Shown here piece by piece: positions 22,489 to 33,284 of a stretch of 39,846 nt of DNA. The stretch lies in the IMG/VR virus record IMGVR_UViG_2619618997_000001, positions 1 to 39,846 of that record. One strand, given 5' to 3'. Positions within the stretch are counted from its first letter, which is position 1. Every line of letters begins with the position of its first letter. The position numbers and the translations under genes were made by a program. The notes under the pieces were generated by a model. The model made no database searches, had not been told where the DNA came from, and saw nothing but the letters and a program-made list of their open reading frames with translations. Source of the stretch: a virus.

Positions 22489-24725
22489 CACAATCGCGCC
22501 CCTTGCAGAACGCGTTTTCCAGCGCCGAGCTTGACCCGCTCCTTCGCGAACGCACCGACTTCCAGCGGTTTCAGACCGGGCTGGAAAAATCCATCGGCTT
22601 TTTGCCTCTGCGCCAAGGCGCCTTTACTCGCGCGCCCGGAACGATCTTTCGCGGCACGACCAAGGACAACAAAAAGGCGCGCCGGCTTCCCTTCCAGTTT
22701 GCCCGGAACGACAGCCTGTCACTGGAATTCACCGACGAGCTGATGCGCGTTTGGCGTTATGGCCAACTGGTGATGGATGGCGCGAGCCCTTTCGAGCTTG
22801 CCGTGCCGTTTCAGGAAGCCGATCTTGGCGCGCTCGAATGGGTGCAGGATGCTGACCTGACCTATATTGCCGATGGGCAGAGGCCGGTGCAAAAGCTGTC
22901 TCGCCTTGCCCTCGATGACTGGGAAATCGGGGCGACGGAATTCGTCAACGGCCCATTTCGCAATCAAAACCTCGACAAGGACGTCACGGTCCAGGTAACG
23001 GCGACCGGCGCCGCCGACGAGATCAATGTCGATGACGAAGTGACAATCGCTGCGAATGCCGACATCTTCACCGCCGATGATGTCGGCTCGCTGTTCCTTG
23101 TAAAGCCCCTCGACTTTAAGGATGTGCCGGTTTGGGTGGGCCAGAAAAGCACCGCGGCCAACAAATTTTTTCGCTATGACGACAAGATTTACGAAAGCGT
23201 TGCCGGAGCCTCAACGGGTTTAACACCGCCCACGCACACCGAGGGCACACAAGCTTATGGCGTCGACGGGATCGAGTGGGCGTTTCGTTCGACGGATACC
23301 GGTATCTTGCGGATCGACAGCGTAACCGATGCCCGCAATATCACCGGCACGGTAACGCTGGCCATTCCGAAACCCTGCACCGACGATCCAACCTATCGCT
23401 GGGCGCGCGGTGCGTGGTCGCAACGGTTCGGATACCCGTCGCGGCTCGCCCTTCATCGCCGCCGCATGTTCCTGGCCAACACGCCCTCCGAGCCGCGCTT
23501 GCTTTGGGGGTCAACCATCGGGCTGTTGACAGATTTTGAACCGAGCGACTTGCCGGATGGCGCCCTCGGTTACGAGATTTCCGGCGATCGCTCTCGCAAT
23601 GAAATCAGCTGGCTGAAAGCCGGTTTGCGCGGCATCTACATCGGCGGTGCCGGCGAGGTCTATATTGCGTTTTCCAACGACAGCACCAAGGGCCTTGGTC
23701 CCACGACCTTCGACACGAACCTTGCATCGAGCGACGGGGCCGCCCCGACAGAACCTATCGTGCCTTACGGGTTCGTCATCTTCATCAGTGCAGACAAGAC
23801 CCGTCTGTTTGAGATCCGATACGATTTCCAGTCAGATCGCCAGAAACCTGTTGAGCTGTCGCTGCCTTCGCAGCACCTGGGCGCCGCAACCTTCGAGCAG
23901 ATCGTGTGGCAGTCCGTCCCTGAGCGTCATGGTTGGATCAGGCGTTCCGATGGCACGCTGGCCTGTCTTGCATATGATCCCGAACAGGACGTGCTGGGCA
24001 TGGCACCCGTGCCGCTGGCGGGTGGTTTCGTGGAGGACATGGACGTGACCGTGAGTGCCGACGGCACCTATGATGTCGTCACGCTCATCGTGCGCCGCGA
24101 AATCGACGGGGAGACGGTGCGCTATGTCGAGGAACTGGCCAACAACCGGCCGGCAATGCTGGGGGCTGTACCCGCCACGCATTTCAACCACGCCTATGCC
24201 AGCGCCGTTTTCGAGCCTGACCCGGCCGACGACACGTTTTTCGTTCCGCATCTGATTGGCCAGGCGGTCTATGCCTGGACCGATAAAGGGCAATTCGGCC
24301 CGCTGACGGTTCAGCCCGGCGGCTATGTCTATCTTCCCGATAGCGTGAGCCGGGCCGTCATCGGATTGGTCGACGGCACACACAGAGCGCGCACCCTGCC
24401 ATTGCAGGCACAGGGCCGAAATGGCGATACACGCGGCCGTCTCAGACGTCTTGAAGGCGAAACCGGGCTCGGCCTCCACAAGACGGCTGGGGGCACCGTC
24501 CGCAGTATCGAAAAGGTATGGGGGCAAGCCGAACAGATCGGTTCCTATCAGGACATCTTCGGGGAGAGCTTCCTTTCAGACGAAGTGAAAGCCGAAACCG
24601 GGTTGCGCCGCATAGACGTATCTACCGGGCATGCGGATGAAGTCGCTCTCGAGTTCATCCCCGACGGCCTCAAGCCCATGACCGTCACCGCGATCATTCC
24701 AAACATGGACGAGGCAGGCCCGTAA
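22485..24725 (+). CDS. Tail tubular protein B / nozzle (T7 gp12-like)
   Basis: 746 aa. The GTG start overlaps the upstream stop. Called by synteny. Confidence 0.6.
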   Translation: MTQSRPLQNAFSSAELDPLLRERTDFQRFQTGLEKSIGFLPLRQGAFTRAPGTIFRGTTKDNKKARRLPFQFARNDSLSLEFTDELMRVWRYGQLVMDGASPFELAVPFQEADLGALEWVQDADLTYIADGQRPVQKLSRLALDDWEIGATEFVNGPFRNQNLDKDVTVQVTATGAADEINVDDEVTIAANADIFTADDVGSLFLVKPLDFKDVPVWVGQKSTAANKFFRYDDKIYESVAGASTGLTPPTHTEGTQAYGVDGIEWAFRSTDTGILRIDSVTDARNITGTVTLAIPKPCTDDPTYRWARGAWSQRFGYPSRLALHRRRMFLANTPSEPRLLWGSTIGLLTDFEPSDLPDGALGYEISGDRSRNEISWLKAGLRGIYIGGAGEVYIAFSNDSTKGLGPTTFDTNLASSDGAAPTEPIVPYGFVIFISADKTRLFEIRYDFQSDRQKPVELSLPSQHLGAATFEQIVWQSVPERHGWIRRSDGTLACLAYDPEQDVLGMAPVPLAGGFVEDMDVTVSADGTYDVVTLIVRREIDGETVRYVEELANNRPAMLGAVPATHFNHAYASAVFEPDPADDTFFVPHLIGQAVYAWTDKGQFGPLTVQPGGYVYLPDSVSRAVIGLVDGTHRARTLPLQAQGRNGDTRGRLRRLEGETGLGLHKTAGGTVRSIEKVWGQAEQIGSYQDIFGESFLSDEVKAETGLRRIDVSTGHADEVALEFIPDGLKPMTVTAIIPNMDEAGP

Positions 24726-25252
24726 TGTGCGTTCCCGCTCTACTCGCAGCAATTCCCGCTTTGGGGGGCGCCGGTGCTACCGCTGCCGGTGCTACCGCTG
24801 CGGCAGGTGCGACGACGCTGCAGACCATCGGCACCATCGCGTCGGTTGCCGGAACGCTGGCAACCGGCTTTGCCGCTTACCAGCAAGGAGAGGCGACCGC
24901 CGATGCGCTTGAGCGCGAGCGCAACACAAAGGCGATCCTGAATTCCATCGAGGATCAGCGCGTTCGCAAGAAATTCACGCGCCAGATTGCCGCGCAACGT
25001 GCTGAGCTGGTTGCTCGCGGTGTCGATCTTTCCAGTCCGTCAGCCGTCTACCTGGGTCAGTCGGCGGCCAAGGAAATGACCTTTGCCTCGCAGTCGGTGC
25101 GCCAGACCGGCCTTGCCGAGCGGGCCGAGCTGACGGCGCAAGCACAAGCCGCCCGGTCGCGTGGCCGCATCGGCCTGCTTAAAGGTGGCCTCAGTGCCGC
25201 GGGCGGTCTTCTCGACCGCGCCCCCGACCTCTGGCCGGAGCTTTTGGCATGA
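24725..25252 (+). CDS. Internal virion protein (gp14-like), Ala/Gly-rich hydrophobic N-terminus
   Basis: 175 aa. TAATG coupling. Called by synteny. Confidence 0.5.
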   Translation: MCVPALLAAIPALGGAGATAAGATAAAGATTLQTIGTIASVAGTLATGFAAYQQGEATADALERERNTKAILNSIEDQRVRKKFTRQIAAQRAELVARGVDLSSPSAVYLGQSAAKEMTFASQSVRQTGLAERAELTAQAQAARSRGRIGLLKGGLSAAGGLLDRAPDLWPELLA

Positions 25253-27366
25253 CGCTCACCCTTCCCCAGGCGGGCACCAGCCCGGGCCGCGCACCCCGCA
25301 CCGTCGAGCAACCCGTCAACACGGCTGGTCAGGAGCTTGGTCAACTTGGTGATGCGCTCTATCGTCTCGGGGCGGAAAAGCTCGACCGCAACAAGAAGCG
25401 CGCGCAGGTCGATCTGACCCGCGACATGAACGATCTGCGCCTGCAGGTCGAGGAAATCGGCGACCCGGATCAGGCAGATACCGCTTGGCAACAGGGTGTT
25501 AGCAATCTGCGCGCGAAATACCTCGGCAGCGAAAGCGGGCAATCGGAAGTGCTGCACCCCAGCAACGTGCCCGACTTCGAGCTGACCTTCGATCAACTGG
25601 CTAACGCCAATACTTTCGCCGTCGGCAAGCGCAATCTCGAACTGCGCATGTCTGAGCGCATGGCGACCTTCGACAGTTACATGTACGAGGCATCGCGCGC
25701 AGCCATGAACGCCGACGCCGATACCCGGGCCACGTTGGCGCAGACGGCCGACGACCACATTGCGGGCCTTCTGCAAAACGGGGTCATCAACGCCGAGCAG
25801 GCAGAACGCCTTCGCCAGGACGTTCGCGGCGATCTGGACGGAGCTGCAGCATTGCAGGTGCTGAACGACGACCCGGCCGGCTTTCTCGACCGGATGGAGG
25901 CCGGCGAGTTTTCCGGTCTGGCGCCCGAGACCCAAGCGCGCATGCGCAACACCGCCACGGACGCCCTGCGCAAAGCGGCCGAGAAGGCACAGAAAGACGC
26001 GGACAAGGCCGCCGAGGAACATCGGGATCGCATTGTCGATAACCTCGACAGGATTTCGAGCCTCGACAACACCGAACGTCTCGATCCGACCGACCGCGCC
26101 CTTCTGGACGATCCGGGCATTGCCCAGCTCGCCAAGGACGACGAAGACGTGCAGCTGGCCCTGCGCAAGGCGCAGGCCCGGGTTTCGCTCGATGAAGACG
26201 AAACCGTTTATCGCCTCATGAACCCGGCCGCCCTGCAGCGCGCCATCGAGGTTGAGCGCAGCAAGAAGGTTCGGCACCCCTACCAGGAAGAACGCCTGGA
26301 CGTGCTGGAAGACCTTCTGGCCGACAAGCAGAAGGCGCTTGACACCAATCCGCTGAAGCACATGAAGGACATTGGCCTTGACGTGCCCGAGCTGCCGCTT
26401 GACGAGGGGCAGAAGGCGTTCGAGGCAGGGCTTGCCGGCCGCCGGCGCAATTCCGACTGGATGCGGAAAAACGGCTACACCACCCAGCCGGTCATTCTGG
26501 ACCCTGACGAACGCAAGGCGATCAAGGCGCAGCTGGATGACGAGGCCGATCCGACCCAGCGCCGCATGCTGGTGGAGGGGTTCACCCGCCAGCTGGGACC
26601 GGATGCCGAGCGGGTGTTGATGCAAGCGACCGGCGACCGGGTTGTCGCCCATGCGGCCACGCTGATTGGCTGGGGGGCGCCGGCCGATGCGGTCGAAGAC
26701 ATCCTGACCGCTCAGAAGCGCATCAAGGACGGCACCGCCACCCGGCCGAGCGAGGCGAAATTCCGCGAAACTTTCACCGACGTGACGGCCGGCCAGTTTC
26801 GCGACCAGCCCGAGCTGGAAGCCCGGATCATGGCCACGGCAGAGGCCCTTTACGTGGAAAGCAACCCCATCGCGGACAGCACCAGCGTTGACAGCGGTGA
26901 GGCTCGCAAGGCCATCAGTCGCGCCCTGGGCGGCGATGGCGATCAGCTGGGCGGGCTTGCCACGATCAACCCGCCGGGCGCGTTCAATCAGCATGAGGTT
27001 CCATTGCCGCCGGGCGTGCGCGGTGATGATGTCAATCAAGCCCTTTTCGACCTTTACGGTTCCGTCTCGGACAAGCGCAGCCGCGACGATCAGGGCCATA
27101 TCGAAATGGGCGGGTCGGTCATTCCGGGGGATACCTCGCGACTGGCCGCAATTTCACTCAGCGGCGCCGCCCCGGACTTCGGGGGAATGGATGCCGATGT
27201 CGTTCTGAGTGACGCGAAGATCGTGCCGATTTGGGTTGGTGGTCGCCCAACTGACCGCTACACCTTTGTACGTCGTGTCGGCGGGCAGGACATTGCCCTG
27301 AAAGACGAAAACGGCCAGCGGTACGAATTCAGCTTGCGCAAGCTTGTGCAGGGGAGGCGGCCGTGA
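25249..27366 (+). CDS. Internal virion/ejection protein (gp15-like)
   Basis: 705 aa. ATGA coupling. Called by synteny. Confidence 0.5.
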   Translation: MTLTLPQAGTSPGRAPRTVEQPVNTAGQELGQLGDALYRLGAEKLDRNKKRAQVDLTRDMNDLRLQVEEIGDPDQADTAWQQGVSNLRAKYLGSESGQSEVLHPSNVPDFELTFDQLANANTFAVGKRNLELRMSERMATFDSYMYEASRAAMNADADTRATLAQTADDHIAGLLQNGVINAEQAERLRQDVRGDLDGAAALQVLNDDPAGFLDRMEAGEFSGLAPETQARMRNTATDALRKAAEKAQKDADKAAEEHRDRIVDNLDRISSLDNTERLDPTDRALLDDPGIAQLAKDDEDVQLALRKAQARVSLDEDETVYRLMNPAALQRAIEVERSKKVRHPYQEERLDVLEDLLADKQKALDTNPLKHMKDIGLDVPELPLDEGQKAFEAGLAGRRRNSDWMRKNGYTTQPVILDPDERKAIKAQLDDEADPTQRRMLVEGFTRQLGPDAERVLMQATGDRVVAHAATLIGWGAPADAVEDILTAQKRIKDGTATRPSEAKFRETFTDVTAGQFRDQPELEARIMATAEALYVESNPIADSTSVDSGEARKAISRALGGDGDQLGGLATINPPGAFNQHEVPLPPGVRGDDVNQALFDLYGSVSDKRSRDDQGHIEMGGSVIPGDTSRLAAISLSGAAPDFGGMDADVVLSDAKIVPIWVGGRPTDRYTFVRRVGGQDIALKDENGQRYEFSLRKLVQGRRP

Positions 27367-30300
27367 CCGATCTGACCTTGCCAGAAACCGACGAAAGCAA
27401 GAAGCAGCCGGATGCCGGCCCGCCCACGGAAGTGAACGGCATGACGGCGACGACGGAAGTGCCGAGCCAAGCAGAACGCTTCGCCGCAATGTGGCGTATG
27501 GGCACGCTGGAAGACGATGGCTGGGGCTATACCCGAAGGCTTGAAGCGCAGGCGCAGAATGACATTTACGATGCCCTGCCGCCCGAGGCGAAAGCCCGGA
27601 TGGATGAGGAATTCAACCGGCTTCACGGGACCGCCGGCGTCAACCTCGACCGGCACGCGCTCTACCGCGAAAAGCTCCTGCAGGAAGTCCGCGCCATCAA
27701 GGAACTTGGCCCGGCCGGTGATCCGGCGCTGGCCAAGATGCCGGCAAGCGAAGACGAGTTTCAGGCGCAGATCACGGCCGAGCGCAAAGACCAGTACCGC
27801 GAAGCAAGCGACCTGATTGCCATCGACGGCCCCGGCGTAGGCGGCTTTCTTGGCGGCCTGTCCCGCGATCTGGTCGACCCGATCAACCTTGCCCTGGCCC
27901 CCGTGGGCGTGCAGGGCGGTATCCTGCGCACCTTCGTGGCCGAAACCGTGCTGGGCGGGGTCGCGGCGGGGCTCAACCTGCCGCGTGAATACGCTGTTGC
28001 TGACGAGCTGGACCTGCCAAAGCCCGACGCGCTGTCTCGTATTGGCACCGAGGCGCTGGCCAGCGGTGTGTTGGGCGCCGGCTTCCTTGCCATCGTGCGC
28101 GGAGCGCAAGCCTACAAGGTGCGCCAGCGCGTGCGGAAGGCTGGCAAGCCGGAGGGCATGCCACAGGCCATGCATGAAGACGCGGTCGCCGAGGCCGAAA
28201 CCATCCTGCGCGACGAGCTGGACGCCGACGGCACCCGCGAGGGCCAGCGCCGCGCTGGCGAGCAGGACACGCCCACGGTGCCGGATTTTGATTTTTCGCT
28301 GACCGGCAACGCCAGCCCGCGCACAAACCGGGCCGGCTACATTTTCGGGCGCCTTCTTGAGCGGGGCCTGTCGCCCCATATCGCGGCCGGTTGGCTCGGC
28401 AATGCAATGGTCGAGAGCGGCACCGCATTGAACCCCCGCGCCGTGGGCGACGGTGGCAACGCCTTTGGTCTATGGCAATGGAACGGGCCGCGCCGGCACG
28501 CCCTCAATCGTTTTGCCCAGTCGCAGGGCAAAGACCCGGCCGACATCGACACGCAAATCGACTTCCTGTTTCACGAGCTTCACACGTCCGAGGCAAGCGC
28601 CTGGGCGCGCATCCGACAGGCGCGGTCGGCCGAGGAAGCCGCCGAGCTGATTTCAACCCTGTTCGAGCGTCCCGGCGTTCCCCACCTCAATCGCCGCATC
28701 GGCCATGCCCGTGCCGTGATCGACCAGTACGAGGGCGGCGCCGTGCCGCGCGGGGGTAGTGTGGCGCCGACAGACTATGTGCCGGTGAATACCACCACCC
28801 GCGCGGGCTATACCCAGACCGGCCAGGTGCGCACCGCTGCCGGCACGCGCGTCGATGTCGAGTACGAAGTGGTTGACCGCTCCACTCTGCAGCGCGCCAG
28901 CGGCGACCTGCAGCCCCGTGACCGCACCCTGGGCAATTCTGACGAGCAGGTGGCCAACATCGCCGCCACGCTCGACCCAGTGCTTCTTATGCCGGCCCCT
29001 ACCGCCGACCGCGGCGCCCCTATCGTTGGCCCCGACAACATCGTTGAAAGTGGCAACGGCCGGTTCGCCGCCATCGAGCGCGCCTATGAGCGTCACCCTG
29101 ACCGCGCCGATGCGTACCGCCAGCAGATCGAGGCCGCCGGCTTCGACATACCCGACGAGGTGCGTGATCCTGTGCTGGTCGCACGGCGCACAAGCCAGAT
29201 GGATGATGACGCCCGGCGCGCTTTCGTGGTCGAGGCACAAGACAGCGGCGTGGCCCGGATGACGGCCGTGGAGCGCGCCCGGGCCGAGGCGGCCATGCTC
29301 GATGCCGGCACCCTGTCGCGGCTCGATCCGAGCCTGCCCCTGACCGATCCGGGCAACGGCGATTTCATCCGCGCCGCCCTCGACCGTCTGCCCCGTACCG
29401 AACGCAATGCCTTCACCACCCCCGAAGGCCGCTTGAATGCCGACGGCCGCAAGGCGCTGGAACGCGCCCTGTTCGCACGCGCCTATCAGGATGCCGAGCT
29501 CCTGCGGCGCTTCACCGAACAGGATGCGGCCGAGCTGCGCAGCCTTCTCGATGCGCTGTTCGAGGCCGCCCCCGGCTGGGCCCGGCTGACGGGCGAGGTG
29601 GCCGACGGCCAGGTGAAGCCAGAATTCGACATCACCGGCCATGTCACCGAGGCCATGCGGATCATCGCCACTGCCAGGCGCATGGCCAATGCGGACGGGA
29701 TCAAAACCGGCCATGTGCTGGCCGAGCTGCTGGACGAGATTGACCTGATCGAAGGGGCCGTGTCGCCGCTGACGCGGGCGCTGGTTGGCATGTTCTGGAA
29801 AGACGGTAAGGCCGCCCCGAAAAGCAAGATCGCCGGCTTCCTCGACCGCTACGCCGCCGAGGCGCGCAAGGTCGGACGCACCGATGCCGGCCTGTTCGAC
29901 CAGGCGCCCACCGTGCCGGACGTGCTGCGCACCCTCGATGCCGAGGGTTTCGCCGATCTGGGCGATGACCTGGGCCGGCCACGCGGCCAGTCGCGCCAGC
30001 CGGAGCCAGACGTGCGCGACACCGTGCCTGAAGGCGCCTATGCCGACGGGGCCATGAGCGAGGACGCCATTGAGGCCGCGCGCACAGCCGAGGACGATCT
30101 GCGCGAGGCGGTGGCCAAAGATCGCACTCCGCCTAAAGAAGATGTGCGGCAGTTGCTTGCCGAGGCCCGCGAACGACGGGCCGAACGAACAGCGACGGCC
30201 GCGCGGCTTGCTGAGGATGACAAGCCGGTTCGCATGCGGGCTGCAAACGGCGCGGCCCTGATTTCACCCGCTGCAGATCGGCCCGGGAAATGGCGTGTCA

Positions 30301-30575
30301 CCACCTTTGGCGAGGACGGGAAGCCATCGGGTCACATAGACGCTGAAACAAAGCTGTCTGCAATTGAGCGCGCGCTTGAGGATGGTTACGCGCCGGAAGC
30401 TGCCCCGACGCAAGCGCAAACCGCCCGAGGCCAGTTGCTCGCCGATGGCGATTTCGAGGTTCCGCTGGGCAACGGCGAAACCGTCATGGCAAGCGAAATG
30501 CTGGATGATCTGGATGCCGACGACGTGCTCGATACCGTCGTGTCGGCCTGTATTGCCCGGGGAGCGGACGCATGA
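27363..30575 (+). CDS. Internal virion/ejection protein with peptidoglycan-hydrolase (phage tail lysozyme-type) domain (gp16-like)
   Basis: AAGWLGNAMVESGTALNPRAVGDGGNAFGLWQWNGPRR...IDFLFHEL matches the phage tail lysozyme pattern (GN-x-x-x-ES...G-x-x-QW). 1070 aa. Confidence 0.65.
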   Translation: MTDLTLPETDESKKQPDAGPPTEVNGMTATTEVPSQAERFAAMWRMGTLEDDGWGYTRRLEAQAQNDIYDALPPEAKARMDEEFNRLHGTAGVNLDRHALYREKLLQEVRAIKELGPAGDPALAKMPASEDEFQAQITAERKDQYREASDLIAIDGPGVGGFLGGLSRDLVDPINLALAPVGVQGGILRTFVAETVLGGVAAGLNLPREYAVADELDLPKPDALSRIGTEALASGVLGAGFLAIVRGAQAYKVRQRVRKAGKPEGMPQAMHEDAVAEAETILRDELDADGTREGQRRAGEQDTPTVPDFDFSLTGNASPRTNRAGYIFGRLLERGLSPHIAAGWLGNAMVESGTALNPRAVGDGGNAFGLWQWNGPRRHALNRFAQSQGKDPADIDTQIDFLFHELHTSEASAWARIRQARSAEEAAELISTLFERPGVPHLNRRIGHARAVIDQYEGGAVPRGGSVAPTDYVPVNTTTRAGYTQTGQVRTAAGTRVDVEYEVVDRSTLQRASGDLQPRDRTLGNSDEQVANIAATLDPVLLMPAPTADRGAPIVGPDNIVESGNGRFAAIERAYERHPDRADAYRQQIEAAGFDIPDEVRDPVLVARRTSQMDDDARRAFVVEAQDSGVARMTAVERARAEAAMLDAGTLSRLDPSLPLTDPGNGDFIRAALDRLPRTERNAFTTPEGRLNADGRKALERALFARAYQDAELLRRFTEQDAAELRSLLDALFEAAPGWARLTGEVADGQVKPEFDITGHVTEAMRIIATARRMANADGIKTGHVLAELLDEIDLIEGAVSPLTRALVGMFWKDGKAAPKSKIAGFLDRYAAEARKVGRTDAGLFDQAPTVPDVLRTLDAEGFADLGDDLGRPRGQSRQPEPDVRDTVPEGAYADGAMSEDAIEAARTAEDDLREAVAKDRTPPKEDVRQLLAEARERRAERTATAARLAEDDKPVRMRAANGAALISPAADRPGKWRVTTFGEDGKPSGHIDAETKLSAIERALEDGYAPEAAPTQAQTARGQLLADGDFEVPLGNGETVMASEMLDDLDADDVLDTVVSACIARGADA

Positions 30576-30707
30576 CCGCCCGGGCCAAGTTCCGCGCGCG
30601 GCGTGTAGTTCACGCGAAGACGCTGCGCGCGGCGGGACGAAGCCCCTTGTCACAAGCGAAAGAGGCGTCGCAGACAAGGCGGCTTCGTCCCAACCGGGAG
30701 GGCGATC

Positions 30708-33284
30708 ATGGCTAACATGCACGACTGTATCGACGCGGCGGTCAACTCGGGCCAGCTCAACGGCGCATCGGCGCAAGCCAAGGCGCAGGCGGCCAAGAAC
30801 GTCTATACCGAGCTTTACGATCGGTATCGCACCGTGATGCCCGATGCGCAGGCGCAGATGCTCGCCAAGAAAGACCTGGGCGAGGCCACCCGCCGCGCCA
30901 AACACAGCCGGTTTCATGCCGTCACCAACCAGCTGCAGACCATGCGCCGCATCCATGCCCTTCTGGCGCAGAGCGACCGGCCGGATTTGCACCTGCAATC
31001 CATGGTCGAGTATGTCGAGGGATCGGGCTACACCGGCGAAAGCGTGGCCTCACTGCAGCGCGCGTACATCACCTCGATCAACAGCGGCATTCGCGACTTC
31101 CTGAAAGAAACGGGCATTCGCAAACGTGGCGGTAGTCGGGATCCCAAGCTTCTGGATCACGTGATCCGCGAGTTGCATGCCGAGGCGACCGGCAACGCCC
31201 AGGCCAAGCAGTTGGCCGACGCGGTGCGCGCCCAACAGCAGCGCATGCGGCGCGAGTTCAACGCGCGCGGCGGCGACATCGGCGAGCTGTCTGATTACGG
31301 GATCATGCACACGCACGATCCGATGGCGATGCGGAAGGCCGGCAAGGACGCGTGGCGCCGCAGCCTTCTGAGCGACGACGGCGCGACCTCGCCGCTCGAC
31401 TGGTCGCGGATCGTCAACAAGCGCACCGGCCGCCCTTTCGCCGCCCAGCCCGGCCAGCGCCTCGCCGGCGGCGATCTGGCCGATGCGCGCGCCATGCTCG
31501 ATGAAATCTACGGCAACGTCACCTCGATGGGCTGGCAGAACCGCTATCCCAAGATGATGGCGACCGGCAAGGCGCTCTACAACCAGCGCGCAGAGGCCCG
31601 CGTGCTGCACTTCAAATCTGGCAGCGACTGGCTGGCCTATAACAAGACGTTCGGCACCGGCGATCCGTTTTCGTCGGCCGTGGGCGGGTTGCACGGGCTG
31701 GCGCGCGACGTGGCGCTGATGCGCGTGCTGGGGCCGAACCCAAATGCCGGTTTCGAGTTCGCCGCGCAGACCGCCGAGAAGCGCGCCCAGGAGCTTCATG
31801 CGAAAGGCCAGCGGAACCGCAACATTCTTGGCCTCAAGAACGATATCGACAAGCTAACAGAGCGCTCGATCACGCGCACGAAGGCGATGCTGGCGCAGGC
31901 TGATGGCACCGCGAACATGCCCGCCAAAGGCTACGAAGCATCTGCCGCTTTCTTCGGCGCAACCCGCCAGTACATTGTTGCGACCAAGCTGGGCTCCGCG
32001 CTTGCGTCGTCGGTCACCGACACGGCGACCATGGAGATTGCCGCGCAGACCATCGGCATGGGGGGCGGCCGCATCCTGACCCGGCATGTCGAGCTGATGG
32101 CCAGCTCGGCCACCCGCGAGACGGCCGCGCAGATGGGATGGGTGGCCGACACCCTGGCCACCACCGGCGCCGGCGCCGCACGCTATCTCGGCGAAACCTT
32201 CTCGCCGGAGGTCACCCGCCGACTGGCCGATTTCACCCTGCGTGCGTCGGGCCTCAACTTCTGGACCGACATGGGCCGAACGGCCTTCAAGATGGAGCTG
32301 TCGGGTTACCTGGCCACCAATGCCGGCCGCACGCTGCAGGATGTTGATCCCAAGCTGCGCGCGCTTCTGGAAGGGCGGGGCATCACCGCCGCCGAATGGG
32401 ACATCCTCCGCGATCCCGCCAGCCTCATGACCGCGCCCAACGGCGCGAGTTTCCTGTCGCCGCAATGGTGGCTGGAACACCAGACCAAGCTGCCCCGCGA
32501 CCAGGCCGAGGGGTTGGCGATGCGCCTGCAGGCGATCTTCGAGGAACAGCAGGAATTCGCCATCCCCTCGGTGAACCTCGCCGGTCGCGTGGCCTTTCAG
32601 GACACCGCGCAGCCCGGCACGTTCTTGGGCGAGCTGGCCCGGTCTGGCGTCATGTTCAAGAGCTTCGCCATGTCGCTCATGATCAACCAGATGCGCCGCT
32701 TCTGGGCGCAACCCACACCGCTGGCCCGCGTCGCCTATGCCGTCAAACTCGGCGCCAGTCTCACGCTGATGGGGGCTGTTGCGGTGCAGCTCAAGGAATT
32801 GGCCAAGGGACGCGACCCACGGCCGATGGACAACATGAAATTCTGGGCGGCGGCCGGCCTGCAGGGCGGGGGGCTCGGCATCTTCGGCGACTTCTTCGCG
32901 GCCGGCACCAACCGGTTCGGCGGCGGCATTCCGGAAACCCTGGCCGGGCCGGTTGCGGGACTGGTGGCTGACATCGCGGTTCCGATTTCCAGCAACGTCA
33001 GTCGAGCCGCGCAAGGTGAAGACCTTTTGCTTGGTCGCGACATCGCCAACTTCGTTCGCTTCAACACGCCGGTGGCGTCAAGCCTCTGGTATTTGCGTCG
33101 TCCCTTCGATGCCTGGGTAGGCGACCAGCTGCAGCTCTTGCTCGATCCTGAGGCCGACATCGCCTTTCGCCGCGCGACCCGCCGCGCCGAGCAGGATTAC
33201 GGCACATCGCTTTGGTGGAAGCGCGGCGAGGTGCTGCCCTCGCGTTGGCCCAATTATTCAAACGCACTTGGAGGCGGTCAATGA
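30708..33284 (+). CDS. Large virion protein (additional ejection/internal protein), hydrophobic C-terminal third
   Basis: 858 aa. GGGAGG SD. Lies between the gp16-like and fibre genes. Confidence 0.5.
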   Translation: MANMHDCIDAAVNSGQLNGASAQAKAQAAKNVYTELYDRYRTVMPDAQAQMLAKKDLGEATRRAKHSRFHAVTNQLQTMRRIHALLAQSDRPDLHLQSMVEYVEGSGYTGESVASLQRAYITSINSGIRDFLKETGIRKRGGSRDPKLLDHVIRELHAEATGNAQAKQLADAVRAQQQRMRREFNARGGDIGELSDYGIMHTHDPMAMRKAGKDAWRRSLLSDDGATSPLDWSRIVNKRTGRPFAAQPGQRLAGGDLADARAMLDEIYGNVTSMGWQNRYPKMMATGKALYNQRAEARVLHFKSGSDWLAYNKTFGTGDPFSSAVGGLHGLARDVALMRVLGPNPNAGFEFAAQTAEKRAQELHAKGQRNRNILGLKNDIDKLTERSITRTKAMLAQADGTANMPAKGYEASAAFFGATRQYIVATKLGSALASSVTDTATMEIAAQTIGMGGGRILTRHVELMASSATRETAAQMGWVADTLATTGAGAARYLGETFSPEVTRRLADFTLRASGLNFWTDMGRTAFKMELSGYLATNAGRTLQDVDPKLRALLEGRGITAAEWDILRDPASLMTAPNGASFLSPQWWLEHQTKLPRDQAEGLAMRLQAIFEEQQEFAIPSVNLAGRVAFQDTAQPGTFLGELARSGVMFKSFAMSLMINQMRRFWAQPTPLARVAYAVKLGASLTLMGAVAVQLKELAKGRDPRPMDNMKFWAAAGLQGGGLGIFGDFFAAGTNRFGGGIPETLAGPVAGLVADIAVPISSNVSRAAQGEDLLLGRDIANFVRFNTPVASSLWYLRRPFDAWVGDQLQLLLDPEADIAFRRATRRAEQDYGTSLWWKRGEVLPSRWPNYSNALGGGQ

